Of a DNA stretch of 64,000 nucleotides, positions 26,401 to 36,260 are shown piece by piece (within the stretch, counting starts at the first letter, position 1; each line of letters begins with the position of its first letter). A program made the translations under genes and the position numbers. The notes below the pieces were generated by a model that searched no databases, was not told the DNA's origin, and saw only the letters and a program-made list of their open reading frames with translations. The DNA is from Zygnema circumcarinatum SAG 698-1b (Eukaryota; Plantae; Zygnematophyceae), in assembly GCA_037447605.1 (NCBI GenBank), contig CM074807.1:2552327-2616326 (forward strand). The letters are read 5' to 3'.

Positions 26401-29400
26401 CCGGTCTTCATGAGATGGCCCTCGAAATACTCAACAAGCCCCTCGTAAAGATCGATCATTGCCTTCAGCTCAAATCTGACACAAGTCAAACTCACACATC
26501 CCACAACAATAGTTGGAGCATTCAACTCTAGTCATTCTTGGTCACGTGTTCTACCCTCTCGCCGGTCCCATACACTCACATGAACCCACATCTACACAAC
26601 AGGTCTCCATCACTTACGATGGTTTGAAGGGTGCCATGATGACGACACGCAGAGGAAAAGCCGCCTGCTCTGTTCTCTCCAAAAGCAAACAGAACCAGAA
26701 GGAGGTTCACAGTTAGGCACTGAACGATGCATGCTGCTGCCCTGCGTACTAACTCCACTATGATGATAACTCGTGATGACTGATCATGATGGTGACTGCC
26801 AAAGCTGCCTGAATACAGAGGAGGGCAAGCCGCATCTTGCCTTCTGTATGCAGCGGATGGTAAAACTGCGAAAGAAATTCCTGCAGAGTGCGTAGTGAAG
26901 GGACCCCCCAAATGATCACATAACGCGATCCCAAACCCTCACGGGCAGAGAAGCGACCTCCGTAGGGCCTGCAACCGGCAGCAACCCCAAAGGAGGGAGG
27001 GTGGGGGGGAGGGGATTAGCGGAATGAAGAGCAGTGTTCAATACATAAAAGAAACTCCGCAGAAGGCAGAATCACACAGGGAGCAGCACTTACCTCCGGC
27101 TAGTGAGATCAAGGATTCCATTGATTTGAGCTGGGATGTAGGTGAGTGCCAAAATGAGTACCAAGATCACAACAGCCCTTCCCCAGTTGGAGTTTGCTGT
27201 GATTTCTCCATATCCAACGGTTGACACCTGCCATGCAGCTTTTGGATCAATGGCGAGCAGGGCCCATACAATAAGAGGCACTATCTCCGGCCCTCTCTGT
27301 AAAGCCCCCAAGACAAACCCACGTTTTTGAAGGTATGTAACGCACCGTGACCACCATAAAATAGAAGGAGTCAAAGTATGTGTAGCAGCCTTTCCGCCCG
27401 CACCCGTTCTCCTCCTGTACTGACTTCGAGGTAGTGTTCGTTTCAATCCACTGGAACACACCGGCGGCAACAAACACTGCCGGCACAGGCCGGCATCTTC
27501 AGGGCAAGCAGCTTTCAACAGTAAAGGGGGAGGTTTCAGGGGTCTATTGTTAGGGTTAGGTGAGCCGCAGCAGAGCAAAGGGAGGGAGGGACTGCTCACA
27601 TATGCCCACCACCCAAACACAAAGCGAAACCAACTGCTGGGAAACAGCATCGTTGAGAAACCCTTGTTGCCGAATCAGCGGCAGAACGCTATTCCCGGCA
27701 TTGCCCCAACATGAAGATCAGGGCACTATACTTTCCAAAGCCAGATTTCATTCGGCAAAGATACGCACGCAGGAGCTGCATGAATCGCTCTCACCGGAAT
27801 ATTCTGAAGAAGATGAAAATCTGTGGGGCGCCTCCATTTCCTGATGCGATTCTGCAGAGCACTCAGATTAGCAGTCTGTGAGGGAAAGATAGCCAGCAGG
27901 TGAGGATTTTTTTTTGAAGTAACTGAGCGTATTTTTCCAACGGAGTTTTGCGGATACTCCCGAAAGCAGGCAACAACAGTACTTCTCAACGCCCTGCGGC
28001 ACATACTCGGAAGCCGGAATGGAAAAGAGGAGCACGTACACAGGGAGGAAGATGATGGGCAGAGTGCTTATAATATCGACGATGCCTCGCAGAGAGAGCA
28101 GGTATGCTATGCGAATAGGGGCGCTGCACGGAAGGCCATTCACTTCTCATGTCATCGCGGGGCCCATACAGTGAGCAGACTCTATGCCAATGATAGCCGT
28201 CATTCTGCTTCTGCATGATAGGGAAAGAAGTACCTGTACAGTTTGAGGGTGAAGTCGATGAGAAAGTAAGCAGTGACTATTAGCTGAAGGAGAAGCATCC
28301 ACGCGGGAGTGTGGAAAGCATATCTGCATCCTCTCCGCAAGCAGCATCAGCACACAGAGAGAGGAACACAAGAAGGAAGAAGGACAGCAGGCCTTACTCG
28401 GTATTGAGGAGGAAAAAGGAACGAAGAAGAGGCAAAGGGATAGTAGGAGAGCACAGTGCAGCTTACGTGAAGCGCACATAGAGCACAATAGCCAGCAGGG
28501 TTGCCGATAGGTCAATCTGAGCCAATGGCAACAAGTGCATATTCCAAGTCAGTTACCAATGCAGCCTGCCTATCTCCTGAGCTTCTTGCTCGTCATTTGT
28601 GAATGAAGAAATATGAAGACTTACGATATTTAAAAGATTTCCTAAATAACCACAGCGAATGGCGGTTCGAACCCGAGTATTTAGTGAGAGCTTTCCGTAC
28701 AGAAAAGAGTCGTTGTACGTGTCCAGCACATCCTGTAGAAACAGCAGTCACTTCTCAACTTTGTAAGCCCTCAATTTCACACATACTCCTATCATGTCGT
28801 GAATCCAGACTACATATAAACATCTATTGCAGGATGAGGAACGAAGCAAATGTTCAGCTTGCACGATTATTCTAATTTCTACAGACGTGTAGGCTGCTCT
28901 CACATCCACAAGCTGACGAACTACTTGCCCCTTCAAAATGCAAGATTCCCAAAACATTTGCGAAATTCTCAGGCGATAAAACAGAACTTCTACCTTGCCA
29001 GCTTTGATCTTCTTGCGGGACTTCCATAGTCTAGAATTCACCCAGTTGTGAAGAGCCCAAGTTGCGAATCCCCAAGGTCCCGGTAGGTGCCCAATGCTCC
29101 CCCTTGTAAAACTCTTGAGCAATCGTCTTCTTGACGTTGCTGACCGCCTTCCGTTTCCATCCAGCGCCGCCCCTGCATAGCCATCTTCCTCTTGCTGCAG
29201 GGCCGCTTCCTCCTCCGCCTGAACAGCTTCACCATCTTCTCCATCTCCGTCATGCAGCAAACTTTTCCCTGCTCCCTCCCGCTCCCTAGGAGCAGCGAAA
29301 CTCCTCCCAGCAGGCCCTTTTTCCGGCTCGTTTGTAATCAGTTTGCCAGTCGGTCCAACGCGGAAGGCCCTTCCGTGATTGGAATCACTGTCCAGACTCG

Positions 29401-30478
29401 GGAGGGACACCTCTACAACGGCATCTTGGAAAGGCCTGCCAGTTGAACATGCAGAGTCATACCCAAAGTCAAGGCAACTTCACGACTATGCCGCTTCAGA
29501 TTATACTTGGTTCTATTCACCACAATCGGCAGACTTATCCTTTTAGAAAGAGATTGAATCTACCGTTTCCTATTGGTGTCCCAGCTCCCATTACTCTTGG
29601 CGAAAATTAAGAAAGAAAAAATATTTTTGAGATATTTTTGAAGTCAAAAATATCTCAAAAATAAATGATGTCTATGTTCTGAAATGCCACTCGGCTCAAG
29701 GCAAATGCTGCCTTAGGCAAAACTGTGGTCTTCCACTTGCCTATATTCCTCCTAAAGCAAGCAAGCTGACATGGCTAGTCGTGCATTTTTCAGCGCATGT
29801 AATGTGGAGCTCAAGAAGTGACTCCCTCTCTTATTTGGATTTAATTAATCTAGTTTGATTTAATTTTTAAATCTTCACTTTTACAGCAATACGTGCTCTC
29901 TTGTTTCCCATAAACGATCATTGGCTTAAAGTTAAAGAAGCATTCATTTACAGCTAGAATACTTCTTTCGTTCCTTGTAAGCGTGGTTAGATTGTTCAGA
30001 ACACTGAAATATGCCGATTGTGCTTCAAGTATGCTGCATTCATAGCAGCAATTAGGGCTTGTGCCAGCAGAACACTAGCCTAATGACTCGTAAAACATTT
30101 CGGGATGGGAGAAACAAAAGCCAAAAGTGTGCAAGTGACGACTAACCCTCTAATGCAAGGCCTCTTTCTCTCTTTCCCTCTCTCTCTCTCTCTCTCGCTC
30201 TCTCTCTTTCTCTATCCCTCTACTTTCCCTCCGCCTCTCGTCTCCATCTCTTCATTCATCTTTCTCTCTGACGTTTCTCTCTCCCCTTCCCTCTCCTTCC
30301 CCGTTCTCCATCCCTCCACGCTCCCATTTCCAACTCCATGCCGCCGAGCCAACCAGCTGGCAGTCTCCTCCCTCGGCCTCTAACCACCTCCATCGCCCCC
30401 CCCCCTTGGAGAGTGCCTTGACCTGATGAGGCGCTGCTGCCGCAGCACCTTCTCCCCCGCCAGCCGGAACCGCTCCAT
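23402..30478 (-). CDS. Slo/BK-family potassium channel (6TM plus two RCK domains)
   Basis: ATG 30478; exon 1 30478-30423 splices in frame to exon 2 at 29435. S1-S3 (IDLSATLLAIVLYV, FLIDFTLKLY, GIVDIISTLP), S4 (IFFRIFRVLPLIR), pore YFDSFYFMVVTVSTVGYGEIT, RCK1 (YFEGHLMKTGDLDRIASRSASAFFLLADK, SCFVKGLTTFCTNLF), RCK2 (HILVAIP, YFVKGSPSYELDLMRAGI, TPPYMEGKLF), C-terminus FTNPSAESLVYEGDLVYILA. Confidence 0.9.
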
Positions 30479-30664
30479 GGCCCGCCCCGCCCCGCCCCGC
30501 CCCGCCCCGCAGGCAAGCAGCCTCTCAGGCCCACTCCGTACGGCCCTGTACGATACGGCCCCGCCACGCGGCAGGCAGCAGCCTCGCCCGCTGCTCCGCG
30601 CGCCACGTGGCATTCAAGTTTGGACATTCTCCACGTGGCATACTCCCATTGGCGGATGCGGCGC

Positions 30665-32215
30665 GGGCACGGGCATGCTGGGGGCACGGGCATGCCCGGG
30701 CGATAGGGCTGGGGGCACGGGCATGCCCGGGCGATAGGGCTGGGGGCACGGGCATGCCCGGGCGATAGGGCTGGGGGCACGGGCATGCCCGGGCGATAGG
30801 GCTGGGGGCACGGGCATGCCCGGGCGATAGGGCTGGGGGCACGGGCATGCCCGGGCGATAGGGCTGGGGGCACGGGCATGCCCGGGCGATAGGGCTGGGG
30901 GCACGGGCATGCCCGGGCGATAGGGCTGGGGGCACGGGCATGCCCGGGCGATAGGGCTGGGGGCACGGGCATGCCCGGGCGATAGGGCTGGGGGCACGGG
31001 CATGCCCGGGCGATAGGGCTGGGGGCACGGGCATGCCCGGGCGATAGGGCTGGGGGCACGGGCATGCCCGGGCGATAGGGCCACGGGCATGCCCGGGCGA
31101 TAGGGCTGGGGGCACGGGCATGCCCGGGCGATAGGGCGGGGGCACGGGCATGCCCGGGCGATAGGGCTGGGGGCACGGGCATGCCCGGGCGATAGGGCTG
31201 GGGGCACGGGCATGCCCGGGCGATAGGGCTGGGGGCACGGGCATGCCCGGGCGATAGGGCTGGGGGCACGGGCATGCCCGGGCGATAGGGCTGGGGGCAC
31301 GGGCATGCCCGGGCGATAGGGCTGGGGGCACGGGCATGCCCGGGCGATAGGGCTGGGGGCACGGGCATGCCCGGGCGATAGGGCTGGGGGCACGGGCATG
31401 CCCGGGCGATAGGGCTGGGGGCACGGGCATGCCCGGGCGATAGGGCTGGGGGCACGGGCATGCCCGGGCGATAGGGCTGGGGGCACGGGCATGCCCGGGC
31501 GATAGGGCTGGGGGCACGGGCATGCCCGGGCGATAGGGCTGGGGGCACGGGCATGCCCGGGCGATAGGGCTGGGGGCACGGGCATGCCCGGGCGATAGGG
31601 CTGGGGGCACGGGCATGCCCGGGCGATAGGGCTGGGGGCACGGGCATGCCCGGGCGATAGGGCTGGGGGCACGGGCATGCCCGGGCGATAGGGCTGGGGG
31701 CACGGGCATGCCCGTGCGATAGGGCTGGGGGCACGGGCATGCCCGGGCGATAGGGCTGGGGGCACGGGCATGCCCGGGCGATAGGGCTGGGGGCACGGGC
31801 ATGGGGGCACGGGCATGCCCGGGCGATATAGGGCTGGGGGCACGGGCATGCCCGGGCGATAGGGCTGGGGGCACGGGCATGCCCGGGCGATAGGGCTGGG
31901 GGCACGGGCATGCCCGGGCGATAGGGCTGGGGGCACGGGCATGCCCGGGCGATAGGGCTGGGGGCACGGGCATGCCCGGGCGATAGGGCTGGGGGCACGG
32001 GCATGCCCGGGCGATAGGGCTGGGGGCACGGGCATGCCCGGGCGATAGGGCTGGGGGCACGGGCATGCCCGGGCGATAGGGCTGGGGGCACGGGCATGCC
32101 CGGGCGATAGGGCTGGGGGCACGGGCATGCCCGGGCGATAGGGCTGGGGGCACGGGCATGCCCGGGCGATAGGGCTGGGGGCACGGGCATGCCCGGGCGA
32201 TAGGGCTGGGGGCAC
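30665..32215. repeat. GC-rich minisatellite, 31-bp unit GGGGGCACGGGCATGCCCGGGCGATAGGGCT, ~49-50 copies
   Basis: Read directly from sequence; the 31-aa periodicity of the overlapping ORFs equals three 31-bp units. A few indel/substitution variants (near 31080, 31140, 31290, 31600, 31715, 31800-31830). No spacers. Confidence 0.98.
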
Positions 32216-32470
32216 CGGGGGGGACCTTGCATTCTGGCTAAACGATGTACCTTCTGAGCTATAGTGGGCTCTACCCGGGTATGAAAATGATACAATCTCG
32301 CCGTAGCCCTTTGACACAAGCACAAAGGGAAAACCCAATGCTAAAACACCTCTTGCAATCATCAGTTTCATATTGTGCCACTTCTTGCACGGCTATCCTG
32401 ACCTTAACATGTTACAGCATCAAAAAAGCACAGTGCAGCATGTAGATCCATGAAGTGGGGTCATGCTGAC

Positions 32471-34462
32471 TAGGGCTCGACCCAAAGCAAAGACCGGAAT
32501 CAATACTTTTCCTCCAGGTGAGACAAACGTGTGCACCTGCAGTAAAATTCAAGACCATGAAAAGGTGGCCGGAGAAATACGGCTACGATGGAAGTGACAA
32601 TGCACTGCATCAGTAGGCAAATCTAGTGAGGAGTCTAAGTGAGGAAAGTGAAGCACCTGCTTCACCGATGTTTCTTAGCTGAATGCTTGAACAGATGGTG
32701 TTCCAGGTCTTCGCACTAACAGCAGCGAAGCACTCTGTCATAATCTAGAAAATGGAAGGGAGCCTTCTGCTATATACATGAACTATTGTTTACGGAATGC
32801 ACACACTGGGACTTAGAAGGTTGACGAGAAGCTCGTGTATGTGGGCTTTGGAAAAAAGCTCTTGTTATGTGTCATGACAGTGGAGTGAAACGTTGCCTCT
32901 GTAAGCACAACAGTAAGGCTGAAGACCGGCAGAGGTTGGAGATGAGATGAGATGAGAAGAGATCAGCAATGCGTGCACCGCTACTGTCATCAGCCAGCTC
33001 CTTTGGAACCTCACCGCATTCAAAAAATCCCTTTTCCCGAGCTCTTTTCGACTCGCTCACTGTTGTGGCATAAGTTGATTTGCTCAGCCCACGCAAAAAC
33101 AACAATTCATGAGTCGATAAACCTATTTGACGTTGACTAGTCGCCCACACTTTTCAAGTCTATCGAACCTGCCAACAAGCCCCAAGTTATTGCCTCGTTG
33201 CAACGACTGCTCCCGTTCAGCGTATACGAATCCTGAAGAAAAGACTTGCGACTTTTGCAGTTGATGCCCCTCTCTGTGCTATCCACGTCACCGTCACCGC
33301 AATGCGTACTGTCCTCTGTGATGAGAATATCAGGTTCCAAACGATCGGTGTGCGCCTATCGGGGGTCATGTTGTAACCACCTGTGTGTGTAGACAACGGA
33401 GGCACCGTTGGCAGTTACATGGAACATTGCCGCTCCTAACACCTGCAGATGTTAAAAAGGGCGACGGATTAGTGTCAACAGACAAATGCAAGGTATAACT
33501 ATGGCCTGCAAGGCTTGCTTCCTTGCTTATCACAGCAAAGAAGCAAGCAAGCAACCAGCAAGCGATATGGAAAAAAACTAATATTGAAGGAGCACGGCAT
33601 ATAACTGATAATCAGGCACAGCAATAAGGGTAACTTAAATATGAACCCCGCCAAAATGTGAGGCTTCAACAGCGTGTCTGTGAAGTAGTTGTGAAAATAA
33701 CTACTTCCTCTGTCAGCGAGACAGAGAAAAATGATACTTCATCGTTCTGCCTCTTCATTTCGTGATCATCAAAAAGGAGTTTAGACTATCAATATGGAAT
33801 GCTCACATGTCCTGCGTAATAATCACAAATCTGCAACTCCTTGTCGACTCTCACAAGTTGATGCACGTCCACAGCTGTAACTGTCCTCCCCAAAAATACA
33901 AAACAAGGGGATTGGATCATGAGGTACAGAACAGTCGGAGTAAAGCCTGTGACAAATCCGGTCAACAGAGACTTGGTAGTAGTTCAAGGAGGCAAAACTC
34001 CTATTCGTTCAAGAGGCTACGCCATAGAGAAAAATGGCACTATCTGGCTTTGTGATAAATTGCGGATTAATCAACTCTTTAAACCAAAAAAAAAAAAAAT
34101 CACAAAAAATCATACTCCAAGATATTTTTTAAACAATGAAAGGCACGAAGGAGATCACCGTTACAGGTGATTCTGCCCAGAAGAAATCCCCAAACGTGAA
34201 AAAGTGAAGCGAACAAAGAAAAGGGCTTCAAAATCTTCAGGAACTCTGAATTTTGAACCAAAGCACACCGAAGAAAATAGTAGAAAGTAATTAATAGTGG
34301 ACTAGGGAAAGCTATAAAAAGCTGTTGGGATAAGCACGAGGACAAACTACCCGTCTACATGACTAGTCCATGACTTTGGACCTACCGTCATGTAAATGGG
34401 TCGGTCCTTCGTAGCCACAAACTTCAGTGAAATATGAGAGGGCTCCGCAATGGTCCAAATGA
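32471..34462 (-). pseudogene. INTS11: Integrator subunit 11 / CPSF73-II (metallo-beta-lactamase/beta-CASP) gene fragment, decayed, introns retained
   Basis: Collinear exon remnants: 34462-34386 HLDHCGALSYFTEVCGYEGP[fs]IYMT; 33880-33807 TAVDVHQLVRVDKELQICDYYAGH; 33442-~33310 VLGAAMFHVTANGASVVYT(HT)GGYNMTPDR[fs]AHTDRLEPDILITE; 33079-33015 STYATTVSESKRAREKGF[fs]; 32536-32471 VHTFVSPGGKVLIPVFALGRAL. Frameshifts, an acceptor reading AA instead of AG (33081-33080), GDY>GGY and RAQ>RAL changes. Confidence 0.88.
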
Positions 34463-35374
34463 CTGCAGCAACTCCATCAGAAAAATATGAGAGCCAAAAA
34501 GGACCTTACAGAGGAATGCCCACTACATGCCACTTGAACAGTCGTGGTGAGCTTCTAAAGATGCACGCAAATAAACAAGGGGTGAGGCTCATAACCTGGA
34601 TATATCCCCACAATCGTCCATTAAAAGACTAGGTAGGTCGCATGTTTGACCCAATACTAGGCAATGGACAGTCAAGTGGCCCCTCCACCCATAGGCACGC
34701 GGCAATCCGCTGGCTTGACACGTGGCGCTTGCATGCGCGAACCTCAAAACGCATGCCGGCTGCCATGCACAGAGCCGCCTGGCGAGACGCGTGGCGGGCC
34801 TGAGCGAAGGCCGAGTTCACGATTAAAAAATTCAGCGTTGCGATACTTCGCGATACATCGCATTCCGATATTGGACGATATATCACATGTCGATACGCAT
34901 CGATACGCTGGTCGGCATGCCAAACCAGCTTCAAGTATCGTCCTACCTTATCGAGGTTATCGTATATCGAATATCGTTGTATTTCGAATCACGATACGTT
35001 TCGATATTTCGATATACAGTATATCGATACCGTTACCCGTTATTCTTGACTCTTTGTTTCTTTTGCGACTGATCATAGGGCTGCGGGTCACACGAGCAGG
35101 CTGACACGTGGCGTGTGGCCGTAGGCCACGGCGCCTTTTTTGCCTCGGAACATTCAGTACCTGCCACGTGGCATAAGGCAGCACCTTCAGGCCTGCCAGC
35201 TGGTGAAACGACTAGCCACGTGGCAGAAGCCCTCCTTTCAGGCCTGCCAGTTGGCGCTGCGACGACCCATGTGACATGGGCAGGATCAGGGGCGCTGACA
35301 CGTGTCAGATTCGGAGAGCGAGCGAGCGAGAGGGAGGGAGAGAGAGGCGGTGGCGCTCGTCCACATTGCAGTCC

Positions 35375-35745
35375 CTGAATCCTGAACCTTAACCCTAAAA
35401 TCCCAAAGCTTGAGCTCTAAACCCTTCAGGCCAAACCATAACCCTGAACCCTAAACCCGAAACCTCCAAGCTTAAACCTCAAATTCTACACCATGAAACC
35501 CAGACCCAAAACCCTGAACCCTAAACCCCACCCCCGAAAGCCCAAACTTTCAACCCCACATCTCAAATCCTAAACTATAAAACGCAAACCCTAAATCCGA
35601 GTCCTTCATTTCTTATCTCTAGTCCCCAAACCTTCAAATTTAAACCCTACACCTTAAACCCTAAAAAGCCAAACCCGGAACCCCAAATTCGAAACCTAAG
35701 CCCTAAGTTTTAAACCCTCCACCCTAGACCCCAAACCCTAAAGCC
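35375..35745. repeat. Degenerate interstitial telomere-like repeat (AAACCCT / TTTAGGG type)
   Basis: Many variants such as AACCCTAAA, ACCCTGAACCCTAAACCC, TAAACCCTA, AAACCCTAAA over ~370 bp. Confidence 0.8.
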
Positions 35746-36260
35746 CATTAGACCCAAGTTCTACTCCACCACAAACCGAGACCGGAGAGATCCATCACTG
35801 GAAAGAGAACTAACGATTGGTAGTACATGGTACAAATGTTACATTTAGGCAGACTACTTGTGAAAATTCTTACTATGTTATTGAAAGAGGTGCGCCCCCG
35901 GCCCTATTCTCTGAACCCCGGCGAGGCTCGCCTTTGTGAGCCATACGAACTTGCTTTTGTCCATGGCGGACTTGATGCAGAAGAAGGTGCAGGGCGGCTG
36001 CTGGGAATCCACCTCCGGGTCGTCGCAGACCGCAAGGGGCGAGGGAAGGCCGGGGGGGGGGACCAATATTGCTCTGCATGTGAAGGACAGACATCATCAG
36101 AAGAGGACCAAAAAACAACAATACCTCCACAAACCCTAAAAGCTGCACATTCTCTATGCAGAGAGTGAGAGAGAGAGAGAGGCCTCTCTCCTCGCCGCTG
36201 CATGACTGATTTCATCCGAAGGAAGAGAGGTGGTGTGGTTTGAGCTGCTGGCAGGTTCAC

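Noticed and set aside
28661-28675. tRNA T-loop/B-box-like GGTTCGAACCCG
   Set aside because: No cloverleaf, acceptor stem or A-box in the flanks; lies in a channel intron.
30665-32215. Possible CRISPR array (about 30-bp palindromic repeat)
   Set aside because: Units are head-to-tail with no unique spacers, no cas genes, eukaryotic context.
30256-32371. Three long ORFs (544-689 aa) across the tandem array
   Set aside because: They are the three reading frames of a stop-free 31-bp repeat strand; no evidence of a real protein.
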